DNA of 46,309 nucleotides from an uncultured Dehalococcoidales bacterium. GTDB taxonomy: Bacteria > Chloroflexota > Dehalococcoidia > Dehalococcoidales > DAOVUZ01. This document shows, piece after piece, positions 1 through 10,085 of the stretch. A program made the position numbers and the translations under genes. The notes beneath the pieces are model-generated. The model did no database searches. It saw only the letters and a list, made by a program, of their open reading frames with translations, and was not told where the DNA came from. Within the stretch, counting starts at the first letter, position 1. The number at the start of each line of letters is the position of its first letter. The stretch lies in the NCBI GenBank assembly GCA_964616615.1, contig CAZTRJ010000004.1:1-46309 (forward strand), in the 5' to 3' direction.

Positions 1-397
1 CGTTATCCATTGGAGAAACAGTGGTGATGGTAACATCTATTTGCATGAAATCACGACACAGTCTTGGTATCTGGTGGAAGTAATTTGGGACGAAATAGCT
101 GAGTCCTACCTTGACCAGGGACCTGCTTGACCCGCTCACGAACCAAGAATAGGTCTGGATGCAATCAGAAAGGTCAGGAGAGAGAACTGTTTCAGCAGCA
201 TGCTGCGAGGGAAGGAGGGAAAAGATTTTGATGTCCTTCAGGTCACCGGCTCTGGCCCTGTCAGCGATAGCCGATAGAAGAGCCGGTGGTTCAGCTATAC
301 TCAGACCATGGACAATAGTGCTTCCGTTTTCTATACTCTCCACGGCTTTTTTAGGTGTTGTCAGCTTTTGTTGATATTTTGCATGATAATTATTCAT
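1..397 (-). CDS. Acetyl-CoA hydrolase/transferase family protein (4-hydroxybutyrate CoA-transferase-like). N-terminal part only; the gene runs off the left edge.
   Basis: Reverse translation from ATG (397-395) gives MNNYHAKYQQKLTTPKKAVESIENGSTIVHGLSIAEPPALLSAIADRARAGDLKDIKIF... An SD-like AAAGGGGGAAAC lies just upstream. It is absent from the ORF track because no stop falls inside the window. Confidence 0.6.
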   Translation of the reverse strand, partial: MNNYHAKYQQKLTTPKKAVESIENGSTIVHGLSIAEPPALLSAIADRARAGDLKDIKIFSLLPSQHAAETVLSPDLSDCIQTYSWFVSGSSRSLVKVGLSYFVPNYFHQIPRLCRDFMQIDVTITTVSPMDN

Positions 398-506
398 AAT
401 GTTTCCCCCTTTTCTCCGGTCTATAGTGTTGCTGCTATTGTGCTGATGACGCTTCTATACTGGTGAAAAGTAACAGGGTTGGGATAATATTGAAGCTTTT
501 ATTATC

Positions 507-1124
507 TCACTGACTATCCCCTGCTCGTCTTTCCTTGATTAGATTACTGAGTATCAAAGCAGAGATAGCCACGCCCACTGCATTGGCTAAAATCATGGGT
601 AGGCTGATTAGCTTGACTACTTGCAGAGCCTCACTATAGGGGCGAGCAATTAGAAGTATTAAGCCCATATGCAAAGATTCTATAAGAATAGCAAAAAGTG
701 TAGCCCGCCAAATGCCAATAAATTCTCCCTTCTGCCGTTTGTATATCATGCCTGCGGCTAAGCCAGCAATAACGGTAGCTAAGGAACAGGGGATTTGGGT
801 AAGTCCTCCTAGAAAATAGCGATGCACTCCACCGATTAAGCCTGCCCCCAGCCCCATCACTGGTCCTCCTATCAGCCCAGCAACTATTGGACCTAGGTCC
901 CTGATATTGGCGATGGCCCCCGAGGGGAGCTTTATTCCAGTATACGTGCTGTAGATGGCAAAAATACCGAAGATCAAGATTAGAACAATCTGGTTTTTGG
1001 CATTGAATTGCTTGTCTAATATTTCAGTGAAGTATCTGGTTCGGGTTACGAGATAGACAAAAACAATTATCACGCATACCTTTGCCACTAAATCAAGTAT
1101 TAAATCAGTGATTGATACTTCCAT
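507..1124 (-). CDS. Stand-alone 5TM LytS/YhcK-type receptor-domain membrane protein
   Basis: 205 aa, multi-pass hydrophobic, with the Gly-rich GLIGGPVMGLGAGLIGG motif typical of 5TMR-LYT domains. No kinase domain is attached. Confidence 0.5.
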   Translation of the reverse strand: MEVSITDLILDLVAKVCVIIVFVYLVTRTRYFTEILDKQFNAKNQIVLILIFGIFAIYSTYTGIKLPSGAIANIRDLGPIVAGLIGGPVMGLGAGLIGGVHRYFLGGLTQIPCSLATVIAGLAAGMIYKRQKGEFIGIWRATLFAILIESLHMGLILLIARPYSEALQVVKLISLPMILANAVGVAISALILSNLIKERRAGDSQ

Positions 1125-1193
1125 ACTCAGTGCCCCCGCTAGCTAACCAGTAGAAGACAGGGTAAATTATGCTCTGTATTCTTGTAGCGGAGG

Positions 1194-2915
1194 TTACAGG
1201 TAATCCAGCCTGGCATTGAGCTCGCCCACACCCCGCACCCACCTCTCTATGGGAGGAACTTCATCAGGGTCTATTATGACATCAATAACCGAGGGTTTAC
1301 CGCTCTCCAAAGCCCGGGGCAATACTTCGCATAGCTCTCCGGCGCGTTCAATGGTGAAGCCCTGAGCCCCAAGCCCATCAGCCACTTTAGCCCAGTTGAC
1401 CTTGTTAAACGTCGTGGATACTGTCTTCTCCCCTAGACTGAACTTCTGGAGTTCATGAACCAGACCCAATTTTGCATTGTTAAACACAATCCAAACCACG
1501 GGTACATTGTGACTTACTGCGGTTGCCACTTCCATCCCATTCATAAGGAAGTCGCCATCGCCAGCAATGACTATTACTGGCCTATCTGGTGCTGCCAGTT
1601 TACCCCCGACAGCAGCTGCGGTGGCATACCCCATTGTCAGCATGCCAAAGGCAGAAATAAAATTCGGCTTCTGAAATCTCAGGTAGTGGATAGCCCAGCA
1701 GGTAATATTACCAGTATCAACAAATACAACAGCGTCTTCGGGCAAGACCTCCTGTAGTTCCCTCATTAGTGCCTGTGGCTTTACGGGGACATCTGCTGAG
1801 TGCATAGCCTCTTCATTAATGAACATCCCTACCCTTTGTTTAAACCTGACAATGTCCTCGACGGGCCTTTCTGCTTTCGGGTCATACTCTTGTAGCTCCC
1901 TCAGGATCCTGAAGGAGATTTCAGTGAGCACAGCTCCACAATCTCCTACCAGCTCGATGTCTGCCGAATAGTTCTTACCTATTTGTGAGGGGTCAATATC
2001 AATATGGATGAGACAGTCACTAGGCATAATCTTGGGGTCCCAAGAAAATGTTGTCATCTGGTTCAAACTGGCACCAACAACCAACAGTACATCGACATCC
2101 CCCATAATGTATTCCTCTGCTGCCGGTGAGCCAGCGAGGCCGAGAACACCTAAGGATAATTCATGGTCTTCAGGGAATGCCCCCTTTCCCTTTGGAGTTG
2201 TTGCCACCGGAATATTGAGCATCTCAGCAAGCTCAAAAACCTCTGAGGTGGCGGCAGAGGCAATGGCACCTGAACCAACAAGCATGGCTGGTTTCTTAGC
2301 CCGCACCAGCTTCTCAGCGGCATCTATTACCAGCCTTCGGTCAAAGTATTCTGGTTTGACCCGGTATGTTTTTGGCGGGAGTAATATATCCTCAACTTCT
2401 GCCGCCATAATGTCTTTGGGATAGCTGATATGCACTGGTCCTCTCTTCCCACTAAGGGCTATTCTGAATGACTCTCTAATCGTCTCTGTCGCCTTGTATT
2501 TTGACATTATCATCGCGCTGTATTTTGTTATCGGATTGAACATGGCTACGGAATCAACGCCATCCTTGGTTGAATCTTGGAATGTTCCCTTACCATAGAT
2601 GCTTGTCGGCACTTGGCCAGTTATAACCAGAAGCGGGATATTGTCCATATACGCATTGGCAACGCCTGTTACTAGATTGGTAGCCCCAGGACCGGAAGTG
2701 GCATAACAAACTCCAATGCCACCACTTACCCGGGCATAGCCATCAGCCATAAAAGCTGCTCCCTCTTCATGTTTAGCCAATATCGGCTTAATGGCATCCT
2801 GCTTATTTATAGCATCATAAAGGGGCACTAATGAGGTGCCGGGGACGCCAAAAATATATTTCACTCCCTCCCCCTCTAAATACTTTAACAACAAGCTGAC
2901 TGTGGTAATCTTCAC
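1194..2915 (-). CDS. Thiamine-pyrophosphate enzyme, acetolactate synthase large-subunit family
   Basis: 573 aa with GVPGTSLVPLYDA, SGPGATNLVTG and the TPP-binding IAGDGDFLMNGMEVATA...N motifs. GTG start abuts the upstream stop. Confidence 0.8.
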   Translation of the reverse strand: MKITTVSLLLKYLEGEGVKYIFGVPGTSLVPLYDAINKQDAIKPILAKHEEGAAFMADGYARVSGGIGVCYATSGPGATNLVTGVANAYMDNIPLLVITGQVPTSIYGKGTFQDSTKDGVDSVAMFNPITKYSAMIMSKYKATETIRESFRIALSGKRGPVHISYPKDIMAAEVEDILLPPKTYRVKPEYFDRRLVIDAAEKLVRAKKPAMLVGSGAIASAATSEVFELAEMLNIPVATTPKGKGAFPEDHELSLGVLGLAGSPAAEEYIMGDVDVLLVVGASLNQMTTFSWDPKIMPSDCLIHIDIDPSQIGKNYSADIELVGDCGAVLTEISFRILRELQEYDPKAERPVEDIVRFKQRVGMFINEEAMHSADVPVKPQALMRELQEVLPEDAVVFVDTGNITCWAIHYLRFQKPNFISAFGMLTMGYATAAAVGGKLAAPDRPVIVIAGDGDFLMNGMEVATAVSHNVPVVWIVFNNAKLGLVHELQKFSLGEKTVSTTFNKVNWAKVADGLGAQGFTIERAGELCEVLPRALESGKPSVIDVIIDPDEVPPIERWVRGVGELNARLDYL

Positions 2916-3260
2916 TTACTTCTCCTTAAAGTTGTCTATAGCAGTTTCCTCGGTATCAAAGATGTTAAAAAGCTGGGTGAATCCCGCGATGTCAAACACT
3001 TCCTTTATATATGGTTTCAAGCAAGCTAACTTGATGTCACCCTGCTGCTTCCTTACCTTTTTAAGCGCTGCCAACAGAACTCTCAACCCTGAGCTGCTTA
3101 TATACTCCAGCTTCTCAAGACTAACCACCAGCTGAACCTGTGCTGCATCAATCAGAGAATCCAGTTTCCTTTCAACATCATTGGCAGAATAAGCATCTAG
3201 CCTGCCAGATATTGAGATTATGTTTGTATCGCCCACTTTTCTTTCCATAATCTCCGCCAT
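2916..3260 (-). CDS. STAS-domain anti-sigma-factor antagonist (SpoIIAA/RsbV-like)
   Basis: 114 aa with ISISGRLDAYSANDVERKL...LEYISSSGLRVLLAALKK. Its TAA stop is directly followed by the GTG of the TPP gene. Confidence 0.75.
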   Translation of the reverse strand: MAEIMERKVGDTNIISISGRLDAYSANDVERKLDSLIDAAQVQLVVSLEKLEYISSSGLRVLLAALKKVRKQQGDIKLACLKPYIKEVFDIAGFTQLFNIFDTEETAIDNFKEK

Positions 3261-3536
3261 TCTGTTACCTCCTTTTTAGCCCTAAACCTAAAAATACTCT
3301 CTTCTGGTGTTGATAGTTGGTTATAGTAGTCTCGTTTCGTTGCTATCCTGTCATTGTGAATAGTGAGTGAAACTTTAATCTTCTGAAGTTGGTAACCGTT
3401 CCTATTATGTGCTAAAATATGTCTATCGTCAACTCACTTGTGGGCATTGCTCTTTTCTGAGAGAGATGTTTACCACTAGAGTGCTGGTAACTTGGCTATC
3501 AGCTTGCCAAATAGAGTAAAGGAGGCATACAGGAGC

Positions 3537-3971
3537 ATGAAAGCAAATGCAAAGACGGAAGCTGAGGTCATGGCAGTTATGAACCGGTACAACGAGGCTT
3601 ATGCCAGACAGGATGTGGATAGTGTATTGGCGCTGTTCGCGCCAGACCCTGACGTAGTTACTATCGGCACAGGACAGGATGAGAAACGCGTGGGACTGGC
3701 AGAGATAAGGGCACAGTTGGAGCGTGACTTTGCTCAGTCCGAAGCGGTATCCATTGAATTTGGCTGGCATTCGGTTTCAGGAGCAGGTTCGGTGGCATGG
3801 GTAGCAGCCGACTGTGTTGCCCAGGCGAAGATGCCGGATGGACAGGAAATGAGCTTACAAATACGGACGACATTTGTGCTGGAGCAACGCGCCGGCAAGT
3901 GGCTCATCGTACAGTGGCATGGGTCCCTTCCGGCTACCAGGCAAGGCGAGGGACAATCATTTCCAACATAA
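3537..3971 (+). CDS. SnoaL-like / NTF2-fold protein
   Basis: AVMNRYNEAYARQDVDSVLALFAPDPDVV...KWLIVQWHGS is typical of the SnoaL/DUF4440 fold. ATG 3537 follows AAGGAGG (3519-3525). The ORF track starts earlier, at TTG 3492. Confidence 0.6.
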   Translation: MKANAKTEAEVMAVMNRYNEAYARQDVDSVLALFAPDPDVVTIGTGQDEKRVGLAEIRAQLERDFAQSEAVSIEFGWHSVSGAGSVAWVAADCVAQAKMPDGQEMSLQIRTTFVLEQRAGKWLIVQWHGSLPATRQGEGQSFPT

Positions 3972-4506
3972 TTTTGCCGGTACTATCCAGAGGAACAAAA
4001 TAAAGAGAGCCTGGATTATAGGTCTATTTCTTGTCCCAATTGGCGTTGCCAGTTGCGTGTTTGGCTGTCAACAGCCTTCGGAGGTAGAGCTTATGCACAA
4101 TGTGAAAAAGTTGCAAGAGAAGCTGATAAACGAGGAGGATAGCGCTCAACGTGAATTAATAAGGTCCCAGTATATTTCTCTTGTTGAGAAAAACACCGAC
4201 GGCGTTGTAATGACTAATATAGCAGGCGATATTCTTGAGGCAAATCAAGCATACCAAGATATGCTCGGATACACCTTGACAGAGCTCCGTGAACTCTCTT
4301 ACCAGCAAATTACGCCCCAAAAGTGGCATGAAATGGAAGCGGGGATGGTCTCGGACGCGATGAACAGGGACTACGTGCGCTTCCAAAAGGAGTATATGGG
4401 GAAAGACGGGGTGGTATTCCCCATCGAAATTACCGGCTGGATTATCAAAGATGCCAGTGGTAAGGCGATTGGCACAGGGTCCATTGTAAAACGTGTCGCC
4501 CAATAG
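3919..4506 (+). CDS. PAS-domain protein with an N-terminal hydrophobic, lipobox-like segment. Start uncertain.
   Basis: PAS core: VEKNTDGVVMTNIAGDILEANQAYQDMLGYTLTELRELSYQQI...GKDGVVFPIEITG. The hydrophobic AWIIGLFLVPIGVASC segment has no nearby ATG/GTG/TTG. Candidate starts are TTG 3874, ATG 3919 (both overlap the upstream gene) or ATG 4093 (which loses the anchor). Confidence 0.5.
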   Translation: MGPFRLPGKARDNHFQHNFAGTIQRNKIKRAWIIGLFLVPIGVASCVFGCQQPSEVELMHNVKKLQEKLINEEDSAQRELIRSQYISLVEKNTDGVVMTNIAGDILEANQAYQDMLGYTLTELRELSYQQITPQKWHEMEAGMVSDAMNRDYVRFQKEYMGKDGVVFPIEITGWIIKDASGKAIGTGSIVKRVAQ

Positions 4507-4647
4507 AACCCTCTTTTATCATGCATGTGGTCACAATTCCGCATCTAAGCCTGCATTCACATACTCGGTGACAGGATAAAAGGTCTTTAAACAAGAAGAG
4601 CAGTAAATATTAGGCCATATTATGAAGACTTTATCGAAAACAACGCA

Positions 4648-4764
4648 ATGGCAAAGGTAAAGATACCAAACGAGTTCATCTTCTGGGATGGTGATGCCCC
4701 TCCGCTTTATATGATTCAAATCATAGTCGTTGATGTTAATAAGTGGTATTATAAAGTTGTCTAG
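4648..4764 (+). pseudogene. Relic of a Crp/Fnr-family gene (38-codon ORF)
   Basis: 4666-4701 matches 5142-5177 of the intact regulator at 35/36 nt (PNEFIFWDGDAP). It is then joined directly to a copy of the palindrome region found downstream of the intact gene. Confidence 0.6.
4710..4725. promoter_or_regulatory. Crp/Fnr-type inverted repeat TATGAT-TCAA-ATCATA (relic copy)
   Basis: Read directly. Half-sites are TGAT/ATCA with a 4-nt spacer, as in the FNR consensus TTGAT-N4-ATCAA. Confidence 0.35.
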
Positions 4765-4780
4765 TAACCTATCCCCCTAA

Positions 4781-4874
4781 CCCCCTTCCCTTAATAAGGG
4801 AAGGGGGAGTGTAGGTAAGAGGGGGGCTTCGCCCCCCTCTCTGAAGTCTCCTCCCCCTCATGCAAAGAATGCAT
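4781..4874. repeat. Three consecutive hairpin-forming palindromes (GC-rich REP/MITE-like filler)
   Basis: 4781-4807 is CCCCCTTCCCTTA-A-TAAGGGAAGGGGG (13-bp arms). 4819-4839 is GAGGGGGGC-TTC-GCCCCCCTC (9-bp arms). 4860-4874 is ATGCA-AAGAA-TGCAT. Confidence 0.5.
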
Positions 4875-5030
4875 CTTCCTGTTATGGAGAGGGGATAAAG
4901 AGGGTGAGGAAGATAAATAATCCCGCTGTGGAGGCAGGTAATGACCACCACAAAAACTACAGGGACAACAAAATTCTCTACATACCATATAATCTAAGCC
5001 CCATCCCTGTTTTGAAGGAGAGTTCCCAGG

Positions 5031-5711
5031 TTGAAGCAAAGCGGTAACACTGAGATTCTAAAACACTCTTCCATTTTCTCCAGCTTGAATGATGACGAGC
5101 TCAGTGAGCTGGCTAACCTTGCCATTGAGAAAAGTTTCATGCCAAACGAGTTCATCTTCTGGGATGGAGATGCCCCTGAATGGTTTTACATCGTTACCGA
5201 AGGCAAAGTAAAAGTCATCAAACATTCCTCTCTGGGGAAGGAATTTATTATCGCCTTTTTTGGTTCCGGTAAAATGTTTGGCGAGGTGGCTGTTTTTGAG
5301 AATAAGCCCTATCCCGCTTCAGCTCAGACCGTAACTGAAACCAAAGTAATAGGGATTAAGAGAGAAGACTTCCTATCTTTTCTAGTTAATCGGCCTCAGG
5401 TAGCCCTGAAGATTATTAGTGTCCTGGCGGGACGGCTCAGGGATGCTCAGGGCCGCCTCAGAGACCTCGCCGGTGAGAGAGTTGAGCAGCGTTTAGCCAG
5501 CGTACTGCTTATGCTCTCAGCAAAGCTTGGCCTTACCCTCCCCTTCACCCGACAGGAAATCGCTGACATGGTAGGAACCACCACCGAGACGGCAATCAGG
5601 ATTATGAGCCACCTGAAGGACAGGGGAATTATTCGTTCTGTTCGTGGCACAGTGATTATCCTCGATGAGGAGAAACTCAGGCTGCTGGCTGAAGGGCCAC
5701 CGAGAGTATAG
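5031..5711 (+). CDS. Crp/Fnr-family transcriptional regulator (cNMP-binding-like domain plus C-terminal HTH)
   Basis: 226 aa with FIFWDGDAPEWFYIVTEGKVKV...FGEVAVF and TRQEIADMVGTTTETAIRIMSHLKDRGII. TTG start follows GAAGGAGAG. Confidence 0.85.
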   Translation: MKQSGNTEILKHSSIFSSLNDDELSELANLAIEKSFMPNEFIFWDGDAPEWFYIVTEGKVKVIKHSSLGKEFIIAFFGSGKMFGEVAVFENKPYPASAQTVTETKVIGIKREDFLSFLVNRPQVALKIISVLAGRLRDAQGRLRDLAGERVEQRLASVLLMLSAKLGLTLPFTRQEIADMVGTTTETAIRIMSHLKDRGIIRSVRGTVIILDEEKLRLLAEGPPRV

Positions 5712-5781
5712 AGCCACAAGACTATTCTACTACCCTGGTTTATCGCCTACTGGTCAACAATTACTGACGCCCCCCCACTTT

Positions 5782-5799
5782 ATATGATTTAAATCATAT
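5782..5799. promoter_or_regulatory. Perfect 18-bp palindrome ATATGATTTAAATCATAT, a Crp/Fnr-type operator candidate
   Basis: Read directly. It lies 71 nt after the regulator stop and 77 nt before the ATG at 5876. The core TGAT-N4-ATCA resembles the FNR box. Confidence 0.5.
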
Positions 5800-5875
5800 T
5801 CAGTAATGCCAATACATTGTACTATTGTGGTATAAGTTAAAAATCAAGCATCCAGTGCTGAAGGAGGTGGCAGGA

Positions 5876-6106
5876 ATGGCCAGCAAATGTCCCGGCCGGG
5901 ATTTCAGGAATCTACGAGTGTCACTACACAAATGCCCGAATTGCGGTGCCGAGGTGGAAATCTTTTCCGACGAAATTAAGGTGAAGTGCCAGAAGTGTGG
6001 TGAGATGGTCTACCGGGAGAAGATACCTTCCTGCATCGACTGGTGTGCTTCTGCCCGCCAATGCTTGGGAGAGGAGAGGTGGAAAGAGTTGAAGGGGGAA
6101 GACTAA
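5876..6106 (+). CDS. Small Cys-rich zinc-ribbon protein
   Basis: MASKCPGRDF...CPNCGAEVEIF...CQKCGEMV...CIDWCASARQC. ATG 5876 follows GAAGGAGGTGG. The ORF-track TTG 5825 is less likely. Confidence 0.6.
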   Translation: MASKCPGRDFRNLRVSLHKCPNCGAEVEIFSDEIKVKCQKCGEMVYREKIPSCIDWCASARQCLGEERWKELKGED

Positions 6107-6145
6107 CCAGACTTATCCTCTAAAGGATTATTAAGGAGGCAGGTA

Positions 6146-6880
6146 ATGACCACTACAAAAACTACAAGGAAAATCATAAGAATTGATGAAGAGAAGTGTA
6201 ATGGCTGCGGTCTCTGCGTTCCAGCCTGTGTCGAGGGAGCCCTTCAGATTATTGATGGCAAAGCAAAACTCATTAGCGAGACATATTGTGATGGCCTCGG
6301 TGCCTGTCTCGGGGAATGTCCCCAGGGAGCCATTACTATTGAGGAGAGAGCCGCCGAGGAATTTGATGAGGAGGCGACAAAGCTCCATCTGGAGGAAAAG
6401 AAGCCTGCTAGAGAAGAGCTTCCCTGCGGTTGCCCCTCGGCTACGGTTACCCAGTTTGAGAGGCACGAGGTAACAGCAGTCGCCTCAAAAGAGGCGACAA
6501 ACCAGCAGTCAATGCTTGGTCACTGGCCGGTTCAACTTACCCTGGTGCCCCCATCTGCACCTTTCCTGCAGGGAGCCGACCTAGTACTGTCTGCAGACTG
6601 CGTTCCCTTTGCCTATGCTGGCTTTCACCAGGATTTCTTGAAGAATCACAGCCTGTTGGTAGCTTGCCCCAAACTGGATGACTTCCATGCTCACCTGAAG
6701 AAGCTGACCGACATTCTAAGCCATTCCCAGGTAAAGAGCCTGACCGTGGTGCACATGGAGGTGCCCTGCTGCTCCGGGCTAGTGTATATGGCCAAGCAGG
6801 CAATACAACTAAGCAGCAAAAATATTCCCTTCAAGGAAGTAACTATTAGCATTAAGGGTGACCTAATATTAGCTTCTTAA
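6146..6880 (+). CDS. 4Fe-4S dicluster ferredoxin-domain protein with a Cys-rich C-terminal domain
   Basis: CNGCGLCVPAC and CDGLGACLGECP cluster motifs. C-terminal CPKLDD...HMEVPCCSG. AAGGAGG lies upstream of the ATG. Confidence 0.7.
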   Translation: MTTTKTTRKIIRIDEEKCNGCGLCVPACVEGALQIIDGKAKLISETYCDGLGACLGECPQGAITIEERAAEEFDEEATKLHLEEKKPAREELPCGCPSATVTQFERHEVTAVASKEATNQQSMLGHWPVQLTLVPPSAPFLQGADLVLSADCVPFAYAGFHQDFLKNHSLLVACPKLDDFHAHLKKLTDILSHSQVKSLTVVHMEVPCCSGLVYMAKQAIQLSSKNIPFKEVTISIKGDLILAS

Positions 6881-6895
6881 AAATACCTGAAAAAA

Positions 6896-6925
6896 TTGAC
6901 AAGGGGAAAAACTAAGGTTTACTAT
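6896..6925 (+). promoter_or_regulatory. Sigma70-type promoter candidate: TTGACA-18-TACTAT
   Basis: TTGACA at 6896-6901 and TACTAT at 6920-6925, upstream of the erythrin/suf genes. Confidence 0.35.
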
Positions 6926-7008
6926 AAAATTCTACTCCATAACGCCAGCTAAAGGTCTGGGAAGCGGGACCTTGCTTGAGACAATAAACTAAAGGAGGTG
7001 TTATAGAA

Positions 7009-7494
7009 GTGCCTATTTCATTTTCTGGTAGCGAGCTTCTCACCATAGCCATTGGTATTGAGAGGAGGGGGATTGCCTTCTACGATATTATGACTACGTC
7101 AACCAAGAACGCTATAGCTCGTGAGGTCTTTAAATATCTAGGTGATATGGAACAAGAGCACATTCGCACTTTCCAGGGTATGCTTGCTGAAGCTGATAAA
7201 TACCAATTTCTAGAGACCCCTGCTGGGGAATACACCACTTATCTTCAGGCACTCGTTGACAGCGCTGTTTTCACCAATGACTTGGTCACCAGCGAAATGG
7301 CGACTAAGGTGAGCAGTGACATCGAGGCAATGGAGCTAGCTATTGGGGCAGAAAAGGACTCTATACTATTTTACTATGAGATGAAAGACATAATGCCCCA
7401 ACGAGCGCAGCCGACGGTAAATAAGATAATAGCAGAGGAAAAATCGCACTTAAGGCAGCTCTCCGAGCTGAAAAAGAGGCTTGCTGCCATTTAG
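7009..7494 (+). CDS. Ferritin-like diiron protein, rubrerythrin family without a rubredoxin domain
   Basis: Two ExxH motifs (EQEH, EKSH). GTG start follows GGAGGTG. Confidence 0.65.
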   Translation: MPISFSGSELLTIAIGIERRGIAFYDIMTTSTKNAIAREVFKYLGDMEQEHIRTFQGMLAEADKYQFLETPAGEYTTYLQALVDSAVFTNDLVTSEMATKVSSDIEAMELAIGAEKDSILFYYEMKDIMPQRAQPTVNKIIAEEKSHLRQLSELKKRLAAI

Positions 7495-7520
7495 TACTGT
7501 AGTGATGATGGAGGATAAAT

Positions 7521-8051
7521 ATGAAAACCGAACAGGATAAAACTATGGAAGCACTTCAAATCGCTATTCAGATAGAAGTTGATGGCAAGGAATACTACCT
7601 GAAAGCCAGCCAAAAGAGTAGTAATGAGCTGGGTAAGAAGCTGCTGGCATCGCTAGCTGCCGAAGAAGATACTCACCGACAGAAGTTTGAAGAGATATAC
7701 GACGCTATTCGGAATAAAAGGATATGGCCCACGACCAATTTTCAGCCTGATGGAGGCAAAAGGCTGAGAACTATATTTGCCAGAGCGACTGAGGAGATGG
7801 ACTCCAATATAAAGACTCTTGCTACCGAGCTTGATACCATACAAACAGTCATGGATATGGAAAATAAGTCTTATGATTTCTATAAAAGCCAATGGGAAAA
7901 TGCTACCTATACTGCTGAGAGGGACTTTTACGAGACCTTGGCTACCGAAGAAAGGGAACACCATCTAATTCTGCTCGATTACTACGAATACCTCAAAGAC
8001 CCGGCAGGTTGGTTTGTCAGCAAGGAGCATCCGTCTCTTAATGGTGGCTAA
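7521..8051 (+). CDS. Ferritin-like diiron protein, rubrerythrin family without a rubredoxin domain
   Basis: Two ExxH motifs (EDTH, EREH) with the Y-rich C-terminus LILLDYYEYLKDPAGWF. Confidence 0.65.
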   Translation: MKTEQDKTMEALQIAIQIEVDGKEYYLKASQKSSNELGKKLLASLAAEEDTHRQKFEEIYDAIRNKRIWPTTNFQPDGGKRLRTIFARATEEMDSNIKTLATELDTIQTVMDMENKSYDFYKSQWENATYTAERDFYETLATEEREHHLILLDYYEYLKDPAGWFVSKEHPSLNGG

Positions 8052-8081
8052 ATAAGTAATAGAGAAGATGGAGGAGTAAGC

Positions 8082-8826
8082 ATGCTGGAGGTTAAGCAGT
8101 TGACAGTAGCCGTAGAGGGAAGAGAAATCCTGCATGATGTGAGTTTGACCATAGGAACTGGGGAGACACATGCTCTCCTCGGTCCTAATGGCAGCGGAAA
8201 GACCACCCTCCTCATGGCAATAATGGGTTTCCCCAGGTACCAGGTAACCAAGGGCAACATTATCTTCAAAGGCAAGGACATAACCAAGGCGACTCTGGAT
8301 GAGAGAGCCCGCTTAGGGATTGGTATATCCTTCCAGCGGCCCCCGGTGGTTCGGGGAGTAAAGACACGCGATATGGTTGGTGCCTCTCTGGGAGACAAAG
8401 AGGATAAAGCAACTATAGATTCACTGGCTGAGAGAGCTAATCTAACCGAGTTTCTAGATAGAGAGATAAACTACGGCTTCTCCGGCGGCGAGATAAAGCG
8501 CTCCGAGCTAATGCAGTTACTGGCTCAGAAACCAGAGTTAACCTTGTTGGATGAGCCTGAGTCCGGGGTTGACCTAGAAAATATCGCCCTGATAGGCAAA
8601 CTGATAAATCAGTTGCTGGAAAAGGATTGTCCAATACGGTTTCGAAAGTGTATGGGGCTTATTATCACCCATACCGGTCATATTCTCGACTTTGTCAATG
8701 CCCGCACCGGCTATATCATGCTTGACGGTAAGATAGGCTGTGAGGGAGACCCCCATGAGATTCTGGCGACAATCAAAGAGAAAGGCTATGAGGAGTGCAT
8801 TAAATGCATCTTGAGAGGTGCACCCA

Positions 8827-8834
<8 letters not shown>
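8082..8834 (+). CDS. sufC: Fe-S cluster assembly ATPase SufC
   Basis: Walker A GPNGSGKTT, signature FSGGE and Walker B LLDEPESGVD, with SufC-like length (250 aa). Confidence 0.85.
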
Positions 8835-10062
<1,228 letters not shown>

Positions 10063-10085
10063 ATAATATCTGACGGAGGTCAACA

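Noticed and set aside
1455-2424. Forward-strand ORFs 1455-1757 and 2008-2424. The same applies to 159-374, 2836-3135, 3429-3770, 4156-4503, 6131-6466, 10353-10814, 12936-13454, 23532-23906, 24162-24638, 30110-30823, 31298-31882, 33842-34162 and 39864-40163.
   Set aside because: They are antisense or out-of-frame shadows inside genes with clear family signatures. They have no SD and their composition is odd.
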